DNA of 64,000 nt from an uncultured Phycisphaerales bacterium (GCA_963758525.1 CAVWVQ010000003.1:4672001-4736000); one strand, 5' to 3'; shown: positions 11,687 through 21,691, counted from the stretch's first letter. A program made the numbers and translations. The notes: a model not told the origin generated them from the sequence alone.

Positions 11687-12025
11687 TCACAAAGCCGCTT
11701 CATCCCGCTCGCCGGTCCGAATGCGCAAGACTTCCGAGGCAGGCAACACGAAGACCTTCCCATCGCCCACGCCGCCGGTGTGAGCCGCCTCGGCGATCGC
11801 CTTCATCGCCGCCTCTTTTTCGGCGTCCTTCACGCATACGAACAGGCACACCTTGGGAACAAACCCGGCATCCAACTTGGGGCCGCGATAGCGCTCGTTG
11901 TGGCCCAGTTGCTTGGCGTACCCCTTGCTCTCGATGGCGGTCATTCCCAGGATGCCCAGGCGAACCAGCGCCGCCTTGACCTGCTCAACGCGGTTGGGCT
12001 TGACCACCGCAACAATCATTTGCAT
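11687..12025 (-). CDS. Second P-II family protein
   Basis: MQMIVAVVKP, ERYRG, VGDGKVFV, RIRTGE; GGAGG upstream. Confidence 0.92.
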   Translation of the reverse strand: MQMIVAVVKPNRVEQVKAALVRLGILGMTAIESKGYAKQLGHNERYRGPKLDAGFVPKVCLFVCVKDAEKEAAMKAIAEAAHTGGVGDGKVFVLPASEVLRIRTGERDEAAL

Positions 12026-12059
12026 ACGAACCTCCGTCTCATCGACAGTCATTCCGAAA

Positions 12060-13687
12060 TCACGATCCCGGTCGAGGCGGTTCCATCATTGGAAGCCAGT
12101 GCGACTGCAACCGCAAGAGCACGGTGGCAACCACCATCGAGGCGATGCTCACAATAAATCCGATTTTCATCCAATAGCCGAATTTGACGGTCCCGTGACC
12201 CCGTGCATCGAGCAAACCGCAGGCGACGATGTTGGCGGTCGAGCCGATGATGGTCATGTTCCCCATAAATGTACCACCGAACAGCATAAACCAATAAATG
12301 GCAGATGAATAAGGAACCGCGGCGTTGACGCGAATATCGTGGACGACGGGCATGAACGTGGCGACGGCCAGGACATTGTCGAGAAACGCGCTGAGCCAAC
12401 CGGTCGCCCATCCGATCACCTGGATGATGATCGTCTGCCCGCCGCTCACCCCGCTAAGCCTGGCGGCAATCACTTGCGTGACTCCCGTGTCCTGCAAGGT
12501 TCCCACCGAAGCGAACAGCATCATGAAAAAGGAGAGCGTCCACCAATCCACGCGGCGCTCGACAAGCTCGCGGGCCTTTTCGCGCTGAAGCAGCAGCACA
12601 ACGCACCCCATGACCAGGGCGGCGGCGACCATCATCGTCCCCTCGCGCAGGCTGTAGATCACCGCTCCACCGGGGCCATGGACGATTGTGCCATCGTGGT
12701 CCGTGAGCGGGCAATGAAATAACTCGCCCAGCCACAGCTCGGTTTGTCTGTGGGTGACCAGGAGCAGAATCAAGCCCGCAAGAATCACCCATGAGCGACG
12801 AAACGCCCGGCGGTCTTCTTCGGGCGATTCGTCGCTGGCGGGGGTGTAAAGCCGATCGAACGGTTCGCCGCCCGGTTCTGAGACTGATTCAGCTGTTTCT
12901 GCATCGCCCGAATCTCCCTCGCTGGCGGCGCCACCGCCAGGGCAGGCTTCATCGCCGAGCGGGCTTTGACGGCAAACTCCTGCTGAACCGCCGCGCCAAA
13001 CCCCTCGAAGGCATCAGCGAACCACCAGCGGCAAATGGCGAACGTCACGACGTCGACGACGATCGCAACCGGCGCGGCATATTTCACAAAATCAATAAAG
13101 CCCAGACCCGTCTTCAGCGCGATCAAAACCCCGATCGGATTTCCCACGGAACTCATGGCCGAGCCGTTGTTGCACGCAAAGACCAGCATAATCACAAACG
13201 GAATGGGATTGAGCTTGTATCTGGAGGTTAGATGCAGCATGGCTCCGGCCATGAACAGGATCGCGGTGACCTCGCCGACAAGCGCCGAAGCGAGCGATGC
13301 CAGGATCATCAGGGTAATCAGCAGCAATTGGGGGCGCGGACCCACCACGTCAACGATCCAACTGACGACGTGCTCGAAAAAGCGGCTCTCTTCCAGGTAG
13401 CCGATCACCAGAAACGTTCCAATGAGGAATACGAGCACGTCGAGGCTTGCGGCTTGCGTGAAGCGATCGACGGTGAGCAGGCTGCACATCATCAGCAGCG
13501 CAATGCCGCCAAACGCAAATGCCAGCCGGAACTCACCAAAGAGCAGCGTGCCGTAAATGAACATCGAGAAGATTCCGATGCTCAAGATCTGACGTCCGCT
13601 GAAGGTCAGCAGGCTAGTCCAGCGCAGCAGGAGCAGCAGCAGAATTGTTCCGCCCAGCAGTCCGAAGAATTTGGCAACTTTGCTCAT
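12060..13687 (-). CDS. Ion-transporter superfamily permease (ArsB/NhaD/SLC13-like), frameshifted near 12790-12900
   Basis: Halves 12785..13687 (NNGSAMSSVGNP) and 12060..12788 (SAFLDNV, GNMTIIGSTANIV). Confidence 0.8.
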
Positions 13688-13734
13688 GGAACGCCGGTCG
13701 ACTCGTGAAAATGAGAGCCGCCTGTCAACCAGAA

Positions 13735-13767
13735 AGCCCGCCGGCCCGGGTAAGGGGCCGGCGGGCT
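13735..13767 (-). terminator. 13-bp GC hairpin after amt2
   Basis: AGCCCGCCGGCCC / GGGCCGGCGGGCT with a short T tract. Confidence 0.55.
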
Positions 13768-13792
13768 GAAATCATGTCTGAACGCTGGGGCT

Positions 13793-15620
13793 TTAGACCG
13801 CGCCAGCTTTTGGAAATCTGAGCGCGTCGATCTCCAGATATTCCCCAGCCTTGATCGCCTCGACCTGCGCGTCGGTGATCTGCTCCGGCAGAACCATGGG
13901 GATGCCTTCCGGATATCCCATGAGACCCATTTCGGGCAGATCCAGGCCCGCAATCTCTGTCTTGGCCGACACGCGATTGCCGCCGACCAGCAATCCTGTC
14001 AGCAGGAAGAAGAGGCCGCCGGCACCGCAGTTCCAGCCGATGTTGACCACCACTTCGATGGCTTGGGAGGCAAGCTGTCCCATCTGATGGGTTCCATAGA
14101 ACAGGCCCCACACGCCGCTGGTGACGCCGTTGTAGCCCGCGTAATGCCCATCGGCGAAGAGTCCGACCGACAGAACGCCCCAGGCGCCGCAGGTCCCGTG
14201 GACGCTGATCGCGCCCACCGGATCGTCGATGCGAATCTTGTCGAAGAAGAAGACGCTCAGAGCGACGAGCACGCCGGCGATTGCGCCGATCCAGAACGCG
14301 CCGCAGCAGGTCACAAAACCGGACGGCGCGGTAATCGCCACCAAACCGGCCAGCAGGCCGTTGCACATCATCGCGGGATCGGGTTTTTTGGTCGGACCGA
14401 ACCACCACATGAACAAGACATTGGTCATTGTCGCACTCATGCCCGCGAGCATGGTGTTGACCGCGACGATACCGATGCGGTTATCGCTTGAAGCCAGCGA
14501 GCTGCCGGGATTGAACCCGAACCAGCCGAACGCGAGGATGAATGTTCCCAGCTGCACCATCGGAATATTGTGCGGCGCGATTGGATTGACGAGCTTTCCA
14601 TTCTTGTCCCACTTGCCGAGGCGGGGCCCAAGCAGTATCGACGTGATCAGCGCCAAGGCTCCGCCCTGAAGATGGACGACACCGGAGCCGGCGTAGTCAC
14701 AGGCCCCGTTGCCAAGACCCCAGTTTTGTCCCATCTGCGCCAGCCATCCGCCACCCCAGACCCAGCAGCCAAACAGAGGGTAGGTGACGGCGCCGATGAA
14801 CAAGCTGAAGACGAAGAAGCTCTTGAAGCTCCATCGTTCGGCGCATGCGCCGGTAACGATGGTGGCAGTGGTGTCCATGAACACCATTTCGAAGAGGAAC
14901 CAAACTGCGGCGGCGGCGTCATAGCCTTGTCCCGTCAGGAAGAAGCCGGTATGTCCGCAAAGTCCCCAGAAATGACCACCGACAGTGATGCCCCACATCT
15001 GGTTCAATGACGGAATTCCGCCCAACTGGCCCGGCCCGCCCAGCGCCGGTCCCGTTGGCGCCGCCGCACATAAAGGCAAAGCCGCACACGAAGAAGCCGA
15101 ACATTCCGATCGCATAGATCATGAAGTTCATGCTGAACGTATGCGCGACGTTCTTGCCGCGAATCAGGCCGGTCTCCACAAGCGCGAAGCCTGCCTGCAT
15201 GAACATGACCAGGTACCCGCAGACCAGCGTCCAGACGATGTTGACCGAGTAGAGTGATTTGGCGACGTTTGGCGCCAGGCTGGTGGCATTGGGCGTGTCG
15301 GTTGGATTGCCCTTTTCGTCGGTGTACGGGTGCCAGGTGCCCTTGGCATCGGTCCCGCCTCCCTGCCAGCCGGGCAGGCCGACGTTGGGTGTGATCAGCG
15401 AATTGTCGCCGCCGGTGTTTCCCGAAGAGTCCGCGTGCGGCGCATCGACGGGAGCCAGCGGAGCGGGAGCAGCCGGAGCCGCTGCAGCAGCCGGCGCTGT
15501 AGCCGATTCAGTGGTCTGGGCACTGCAAGTCAATGCACCAGCCGAGAGAAGCAGGAAGAAAAACATCGCTCCCGCCACGAGCCGGGAAGATCCGCGTCCT
15601 ACCCAATGCAGATGCTTCAT
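13793..15620 (-). CDS. amtB: Ammonium transporter 2 with signal peptide, frameshifted near 15047
   Basis: MFMQAGFALVETG in 14919..15620; DYAGSGVVH, FGWFGFNPGS, DDPVGAISVHG in 13793..15115; removing one base joins the frames. Confidence 0.92.
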
Positions 15621-15723
15621 AAATTTACCTTTACCCTTAAGGAAAAATTGCGGAAGCCGAATTGATCGTCATCCCGCTGACAGGACCCGTCACAACTCGC
15701 ATTCGGTCAACGGACCGCCCTCG

Positions 15724-15738
15724 GCAAAGGCAGTGCCA
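15724..15738 (-). promoter_or_regulatory. sigma54 promoter of amt2
   Basis: TGGCAC-TGCCT-TTGC, 14/15 identical to the amt1 promoter. Confidence 0.8.
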
Positions 15739-15790
15739 AGTCGCGGTTGCCCTCACCCGATGCATGCCATCAACCCAATGTGGAAACCTC

Positions 15791-15805
15791 GCCCAATAAA
15801 TGTGC
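15791..15805. promoter_or_regulatory. Candidate NtrC-type enhancer site
   Basis: GCCC-AATAAAT-GTGC, at the same offset from the promoter as the amt1 site. Confidence 0.55.
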
Positions 15806-16089
15806 ATCGAATGATCGAGCTTCCACCGATTAAAGGTCTGCCCATGCAGTTGCTCGTGAACCCCCGCAGACAATGCTGCCCGAAAATGTGGCTCCGCTTG
15901 TCACTATGATTGCAATTTGTAAGGTGCCGCCGACCCTCGGTAATTTTTGCTGAATATTAGACAGGAGTGGAAATGTTGGGCATGCGCTTCCATCCCCCCG
16001 CAAGATTGCCTATCTAACGCGCGTTTGTCGAGCACTTGACGTTTTCCTCGGTCGCACACGCTCGGCGTAGCTGGACCGACGATCCCGTG

Positions 16090-16104
16090 TGGCACGATAT
16101 ATGC
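16090..16104 (+). promoter_or_regulatory. Probable sigma54 promoter of the response regulator
   Basis: TGGCAC-GATAT-ATGC about 65 bp upstream of the ATG. Confidence 0.6.
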
Positions 16105-16168
16105 GTCACGCCCCGGAAGTGTCACGGCTTGCGCAACTTCTGAGCAGTTTAACAGGACCAGAATAATC

Positions 16169-17548
16169 ATGGTTGACCGAAGATTGACGTGCTCGCGCCT
16201 CCGCGTGCTTCTGGTGGACGACGAGCAGACCATTCGAACCACGCTGGGGATTTGCCTGCAGGCCGAGGGGCACGAGGTTATTTCACAGGCAAATGGCTCC
16301 GATGCACTGGCCGCCGTGGCGCGGGCTTCGTTTGACCTGATCTTTCTGGATCTGCGCATTGGCACTGAAAGCGGACTCGACCTCATACCATTGCTTTTGG
16401 CGCAGAATCCGTGGGCAAAGATCGTCGTTATCACAGCCTACGCCTCGGTTGACACTGCGGTGGAAGCGATGAAGCGGGGAGCGACTGATTATCTGCCCAA
16501 GCCCTTCACACCCGCACAGGTCGTGCTGGTGACAACCAAGGTCGCCAGGCAAAGGCAACTCGAATTAAAGCTCGAAGCCCTCCAGCAGACCATTGGCCGT
16601 AACGACCCCGAGTGCGATTTTCCCACCACCGATCCGGACTTTCGTGCGGCAGTGGAATTGGCGCGCCGCGTCGCGCCGACGAACGCGGCAGTACTGCTCC
16701 GGGGCGAGATGGGAAGCGGCAGGGAGCGGTTGGCGCGAGCGATGCATGTGTGGAGCGGCCGTTCGGATGCGCCGTTCGCCTCGACGGCGTGCCATTCGAA
16801 CACTGAGGAGCTCGAAGCAGAACTTTTTGGAGCGGCGCCGTATCGGCAAATCGCAGCGCCGGCGGCCGAGGCCGATTCAGCGGGCCGCGGCACTGCCACC
16901 GGCTGGGTCGGCTTTTGCGAGGGTGGAACGCTGGTTCTCAAGGAGGTGGCGGAGATGCCGCTGGCGCTGCAGCCGAAGCTCGTCCGACTGCTGCGGGACC
17001 GGGAGTTTGAGCGGCAGGGGGAGTTTGTCCCGCGCCGTGCGGATGTGCGCATGATCGCAACCAGCGCGGTCGATCTGCACGGTGCCGTGCAGGATGGCAC
17101 CCTTCGACCAGACCTTGCCCAGGCGCTGGACATTGTTGCCATCGATATTCCGCCGCTGCGCGATCGTCCCGGTGATATCGCCCTGCTCGCAGAGCGATAT
17201 CTGGCCTACTTTGCGCGCGAGCACGGCCGATCCGTGGCACAATTCTCCAACGACGCGCTCGATGCCCTGGAACGTCATTCGTATCCCGGCAACAGCCGCG
17301 AATTGCGAAATCTCATCGAGCGGGCGGTGCTGATCAGTCGAGGCCACCAGATTGAGCTGGAGAATCTGCCCGCCAATCTGCTCAACACAGATGCATACCA
17401 CGTGGGCGACCTGGTGCCTCTCGAAAAAATCACCGATCTGCACATCCGCCAGGTGCTCGCGTCCACAAGATCTTTCGAGTCCGCTGCCGCCGTGCTGGGA
17501 ATTAATTCCATCACTCTCTGGCGCCGGCGAAAACGCTACGGAATTTAG
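16169..17548 (+). CDS. NtrC/AlgB-type response regulator (REC-AAA+-HTH) with degenerate AAA+ motifs
   Basis: VDDE, FLDLR, LPKPF; YPGNSRELRN; HTH LGINSITLWRR; no GAFTGA. Confidence 0.9.
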   Translation: MVDRRLTCSRLRVLLVDDEQTIRTTLGICLQAEGHEVISQANGSDALAAVARASFDLIFLDLRIGTESGLDLIPLLLAQNPWAKIVVITAYASVDTAVEAMKRGATDYLPKPFTPAQVVLVTTKVARQRQLELKLEALQQTIGRNDPECDFPTTDPDFRAAVELARRVAPTNAAVLLRGEMGSGRERLARAMHVWSGRSDAPFASTACHSNTEELEAELFGAAPYRQIAAPAAEADSAGRGTATGWVGFCEGGTLVLKEVAEMPLALQPKLVRLLRDREFERQGEFVPRRADVRMIATSAVDLHGAVQDGTLRPDLAQALDIVAIDIPPLRDRPGDIALLAERYLAYFAREHGRSVAQFSNDALDALERHSYPGNSRELRNLIERAVLISRGHQIELENLPANLLNTDAYHVGDLVPLEKITDLHIRQVLASTRSFESAAAVLGINSITLWRRRKRYGI

Positions 17549-17696
17549 AAGCCCGAGCGCGTTTGAACGCCCCACGGAGCTTGCTCCGCAGGGCCGTTTG
17601 CTCAATACCACCGCTAACCCGGATTATTCACCGCGGATTACACTGATTTCCCAGCGCTGCCTCGCTGCGCTTCGCCGGCAACCAAAAAAGAAGCAC

Positions 17697-17827
17697 TCAA
17701 CACAGAGAGACGGAGGCGGGCCATCAGAACTGCGGGGCGGCGCGAAAAACCATTTCTGACATTGTTTGAAGGGCACTAATCGCAAGCAGAGATCCAAGTC
17801 GAATGCGCCTCCGTGTCTCCGTGTTGA
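17697..17827. repeat. 22-bp intergenic inverted repeat
   Basis: TCAACACAGAGAGACGGAGGCG (17697-17718) versus 17806-17827, two mismatches, between convergent genes. Confidence 0.7.
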
Positions 17828-17862
17828 ATCTCTTCTCCCATAATCGCAGCGACGGGGTGTAC

Positions 17863-18960
17863 TTAACCGTGCGGCGCGGCCGAAATGTATTTTTTTTCGC
17901 GGAAATACTCGAGCGCCTGCGGAACATCCTTGAAAACCCGCGTGGCCGTCTCGGTAATAAACGGGGACGGGTTCGCCCGGCACAGCCACAGCACGTAGAC
18001 TTCCTTGCCGCCTTCAAATGCGTGATGCAACTCGCGTTCGACTCCGCTGGACAGCCCCGGCGTCCCCCCGGGCATCTCGGGAACGATTGCCACGATCAAA
18101 TCCGCCTGATCGACCATCTTGAAGTCTCGCGCATAGATCTGGCCGAGAATGTCGCCGCTGATCTGGGCGACTTCGGCCGTTTTGAGCGACATCATCCCGC
18201 CCGCCGCCGGAACTTCGATCGTCGTCTGCCCCTCCTGCATCGCCCGGACCGCGCTCATGTGCAGCATGTATTCGTCCACGTCGGCCGGATCGAAACACGT
18301 GAAATGTTCCTGCATGGTCCGCTTGAAGTCGTCAATCTTGCGAAGAATATCCGGCTGATCCGCGACGTGCGTCATCGGGAATGACACATACACTTTCTTG
18401 CGGTCAGGCTCGAACAGCAGCCGATACGCTGTTTCGGCGGTCGTCACCGTCCGTCCCCGGCTCAACATGAAGAAGTGCCCGAAGCCGCGGGTGATATTGG
18501 CGATGATTTCCGTCGCCAGCAGTTCTTCCTCCCGCCAGACCATGATGTCCTTCAGGGAGTGGTCAATCTCGTGATCCTGGATCAGTCGCTGATGCACGCT
18601 TTCGACATTGTCCAGCAGCGTGATATAGCGATCGGGGTTGAAAACCTTGATCTGATCGAAATCGAAGGCCGCAAACAGCCCGTGCTTCCATCGGAACGTG
18701 GCATGCGTGTTCACCAGCACATGCTGATGATTATCGGCGATCCGAAGAATTTCGCGGAAGACTGATCGGCGAAGCGCATTGAGCCGGGTGATCGGAAGAT
18801 TGAGAATTCTTCCCGCAGGGACGTCCGGCGCCTCTGCATACATCATCCGCCCCACGTGGCACACCTGCAGATCATGCCCGCGCTGCAATGCCAGCGCCCG
18901 CACCTCTTCGAGAAATGGGCCTTTGTCGACGCCAACTTGTCCAGTGATTATTGCACGCAT
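17863..18960 (-). CDS. Archaeal adenylate-kinase-like P-loop protein with an extra C-terminal domain
   Basis: IITGQVGVDK, VNTHATF, WREEE; tail ARDFKMVDQAD..SSGVERELHHA. Confidence 0.7.
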   Translation of the reverse strand: MRAIITGQVGVDKGPFLEEVRALALQRGHDLQVCHVGRMMYAEAPDVPAGRILNLPITRLNALRRSVFREILRIADNHQHVLVNTHATFRWKHGLFAAFDFDQIKVFNPDRYITLLDNVESVHQRLIQDHEIDHSLKDIMVWREEELLATEIIANITRGFGHFFMLSRGRTVTTAETAYRLLFEPDRKKVYVSFPMTHVADQPDILRKIDDFKRTMQEHFTCFDPADVDEYMLHMSAVRAMQEGQTTIEVPAAGGMMSLKTAEVAQISGDILGQIYARDFKMVDQADLIVAIVPEMPGGTPGLSSGVERELHHAFEGGKEVYVLWLCRANPSPFITETATRVFKDVPQALEYFREKKYISAAPHG

Positions 18961-19035
18961 ACGTGGGTTCGGTTTTCAGTTCTCGGTTTATTCTTTAGTG
19001 CGAGGAAACGAGACATTTCCCTTCCTCCTACTCCG

Positions 19036-19716
19036 TTATTTCGTCTGCACCTGCGAGATAAATTTGTCGGCTTCGTTAATGCTGTCCTGCATCTCTTTGA
19101 TGAGATTGTCGATGTCTCCTCCGAGCTCGACGTCTGTTCCCTGCAGTGATGCAATAGCCTCGGCGTTCAGATTGGCCTTGATGAAGAGCACGCGATCCTT
19201 GAACTTGCGCAAAACCGGATCCATCGTTGCGGCCGCTGCGTCCATGTGCGCGACCAGCTCATCGTAGTGAACGTGGGTCTTGTCGTACAGCGCTTTGCTC
19301 TGGCTCTGCAGCGACGAATCATCGCTCATCTGCGCGATCTCACCCTGCCATTCGGTAAAGAGCGCCTCGCCGACGTTTTTCACCGATTGAATCTTGCTCT
19401 TGACCGCCGACGCACGCGAGTCACTTCGCTTGTATGAACTGTTGAGCTTGTCATAGAGCGCTTCGAGATCGCCTCCCTTGAAATTCACCACGCTTTTGAA
19501 CTGATCCAGCGCGCTGGCAAACTGCTGCTTGGCATCCTGCTGCGCGTCGCGCGCGGATTTCACATTCTCAACGAGCCGATCGCGCTTCGCATATCCAAGC
19601 TTTTCCCAGGCGTCGTAATACACTGCCCGCGTCTCGGCACATCCCGCCGCAACCGTCGCGAGCATGCAGCACCACAGCACCATCAGATGGGTCTTCAAGA
19701 TCAACGGGCGGTTCAT
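19036..19716 (-). CDS. DUF2959-like lipoprotein
   Basis: Lipobox AAGC; EKLGYAKRDRLV, LFIKANLNAEAIASL. Start approximate. Confidence 0.75.
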   Translation of the reverse strand: MNRPLILKTHLMVLWCCMLATVAAGCAETRAVYYDAWEKLGYAKRDRLVENVKSARDAQQDAKQQFASALDQFKSVVNFKGGDLEALYDKLNSSYKRSDSRASAVKSKIQSVKNVGEALFTEWQGEIAQMSDDSSLQSQSKALYDKTHVHYDELVAHMDAAAATMDPVLRKFKDRVLFIKANLNAEAIASLQGTDVELGGDIDNLIKEMQDSINEADKFISQVQTK

Positions 19717-19834
19717 GGATTCCCTCGTAAACGCAACGTTCTCAATCAGTTCGGCACGAAGCGCGACTCTATCCCGCATCGCCGGCGGTTGTCAAAACTC
19801 CGGCAGCTCACGGCGCAGGCGAATTTCCGGGATT

Positions 19835-20008
19835 CACGTTGTGGTGCGGGCTCCCATTCTGCAACGCGGCCCATCGAGCGTCCGAGATAGCCGAACGGGC
19901 CAAAGCACATTGTGGTGCTGGCTCCCATTCTGCAACGCGGCCCATCGAGCGTCCGAGATAGCCGAACGGGCCAAAGCACGTTGTGGTGCTGGCTTCCAGC
20001 CTGCAACG
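19835..20008. repeat. 71-bp tandem repeat (~2.4 copies) containing a REP-like unit
   Basis: Units start at 19835, 19906, 19977; each begins with a variant of TTGTGGTGCTGGCT..CTGCAACG. Confidence 0.85.
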
Positions 20009-20064
20009 GAGCCGGCAAACGCAGTTTGCTCCTTCTCGCCTCGCAATTCGCGCCCGCCCGCCAC

Positions 20065-20649
20065 TCACCTGCGCCTCCGCGCGGCTTGCATCTCCGCGGG
20101 CAATGGCTTGGAGACGGCCGCGCTGTGTGCATCTGCAAACCTCAGCGGCGCGTCAACCCAGTCGCCGGCATAGTCGACTCCGACGCGCGGCCCTGTCGCG
20201 ATCAGCGGCGCAGGGCCCGCCTCCTGCTCGAGAAACAGCTCATCGCCGGTCAGATCGATGCCATTCAGCGCCCGCGTGATTCTCATGCCTCGCGCCAGTC
20301 TGCCCGGCCCCGACAGATCCGCCCCGCGCCCGTCCATCGGCTCGCCCGCCCGCACCAGCACGGCCTGCGCATCGTCCTTCACACTCGTGACGATATTAAA
20401 CATGTCGTACATGCCGTAAATGAAGTAAACATACGCATGCCCGCCGCGGCCAAACATTACTTCCGTCCGCCCGGTGCGTCCCTTGGCCGCATGGCACGCC
20501 AGATCATGCGTGCCGACATAGGCCTCGGTTTCGACGATCCGTGCGCGATACGTTTCGCCGCCGACCCGATGCACCAGCGTTTTGCCGATCAGATCGCGCG
20601 CCACCGCGATCGCGGGGCGCTGATAAAATGATCGGCGAAGCTTCTTCAT
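20065..20649 (-). CDS. mpg: DNA-3-methyladenine glycosylase
   Basis: VARDLIGK, IVETEAY, YVYFIYGMY, AVLVRA, GPRVGV. Confidence 0.92.
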   Translation of the reverse strand: MKKLRRSFYQRPAIAVARDLIGKTLVHRVGGETYRARIVETEAYVGTHDLACHAAKGRTGRTEVMFGRGGHAYVYFIYGMYDMFNIVTSVKDDAQAVLVRAGEPMDGRGADLSGPGRLARGMRITRALNGIDLTGDELFLEQEAGPAPLIATGPRVGVDYAGDWVDAPLRFADAHSAAVSKPLPAEMQAARRRR

Positions 20650-20670
20650 GCCTGCGGACCTCGCAATGGC

Positions 20671-20920
20671 AGGGCGGGATTCATCCCGCCGCTTTCTCGG
20701 CGAGCCAACAATTGGCGGGATGAATCCCGCCCTACGCCGAGTCGATCGCCACTTTCGAGCGCCACACCCTTCGCCCAGGGTGTAACTTTTATTTGTGGCG
20801 ATTGCAGATTTTGCGATCGTAGGGCGGGATTCATCCCGCCGTTTTCTCAGCCGGCCAACAAATCCGCGGGATGAATCCCGCCCTACTCGGAGCCGATCGC
20901 CACTTTCGAGCGCCACACCC
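20671..20920. repeat. REP/BIME-like cluster: two ~150-bp-period units of inverted palindromic repeats
   Basis: (GT)AGGGCGGGATTCATCCCGCC at 20671 and 20819, inverted copies at 20714-20735 and 20866-20886. Confidence 0.85.
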
Positions 20921-20944
20921 CGCCCAGTCAGGACGAGCAGGCGC

Positions 20945-20973
20945 TAGCCAATCGATGCGTGCTTCAGTATAAT
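20945..20973 (+). promoter_or_regulatory. sigma70-type promoter of the tRNA
   Basis: TAGCCA-N17-TATAAT. Confidence 0.6.
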
Positions 20974-21012
20974 TCCCGAGCGTCGATGGCACCCGTCGCC
21001 GTCGAGAACATT

Positions 21013-21083
21013 TGGGGTATGGTGTAACGGTAGCACAAGCGCCTCTGGAGCGCTTTGTCTAGGTTCGAATCCTAGTACCCCAG
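21013..21083 (+). tRNA. tRNA-Gln(CTG), CCA not encoded
   Basis: TGGGGTA..TACCCCAG acceptor, AGCGC-CTCTGGA-GCGCT anticodon arm, GGTTCGAATCC T loop. Confidence 0.97.
21061..21083 (+). repeat. attL core (23 bp)
   Basis: AGGTTCGAATCCTAGTACCCCAG, identical to 61131-61153. Confidence 0.95.
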
Positions 21084-21283
21084 TTTTTAGCCCTAACATC
21101 CAAAAGCTGGATCTGCGCCATTGGGAAGGCGTTTTTGTGGCTCCGCGGCGGGTTTTTCTCGCGCCGGGCCAATTTCAGGTCAGCACCTAACATCACGGTC
21201 GATAACGCACGAGCAATCGAGCGAGTCCCACCGTTTTCCCCACCACCTCTCTTCCGCCGGTTCGTCACGGCATGGGAGTGGCG

Positions 21284-21691
21284 ATGACACTCCAAACTCC
21301 ACGAGTCGAAACACAGCTTACTTGCCCCGAATGTGGGGCGGCAATGGTCCTTCGTCGCACGCTGCGCTATTTTTATCCCAACGGGAAACCACGCCTCTTC
21401 TGGTCGTGCACGCAATACCCGCGATGTAAAGCCACGCACGGTGCCCATTCCAATGGCGAGCCCCTGGGCGTTCCGGGCAACCAGGCCACGAAGGATGCAC
21501 GCGGCCGAGCCCACGATGCATTTGACCGCCTGTGGAAACGGGAGCGGAATGAAGCCTATGCCCTTATGCAGCGGCTGATGGGGATGACTGCGGACCAGGC
21601 GCACATCGGGCGATTCTCGATCGACCAGTGTGAGCTGCTCATCAAACGCCTGGCGAAGGTCACGTGCCGGCCGGCGGGAGGTGACGCGTGA
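21284..21691 (+). CDS. Zinc-ribbon protein (topoisomerase C4 finger / DUF3268-like)
   Basis: CPECG..WSCTQYPRC, PLGVP, AHDAFDRLW, AHIGRF. Confidence 0.8.
   Translation: MTLQTPRVETQLTCPECGAAMVLRRTLRYFYPNGKPRLFWSCTQYPRCKATHGAHSNGEPLGVPGNQATKDARGRAHDAFDRLWKRERNEAYALMQRLMGMTADQAHIGRFSIDQCELLIKRLAKVTCRPAGGDA

Noticed and set aside
19835..20008. Possible CRISPR array
   Set aside because: The two spacer-like segments are identical and no cas genes are present; it is a tandem REP-like repeat.
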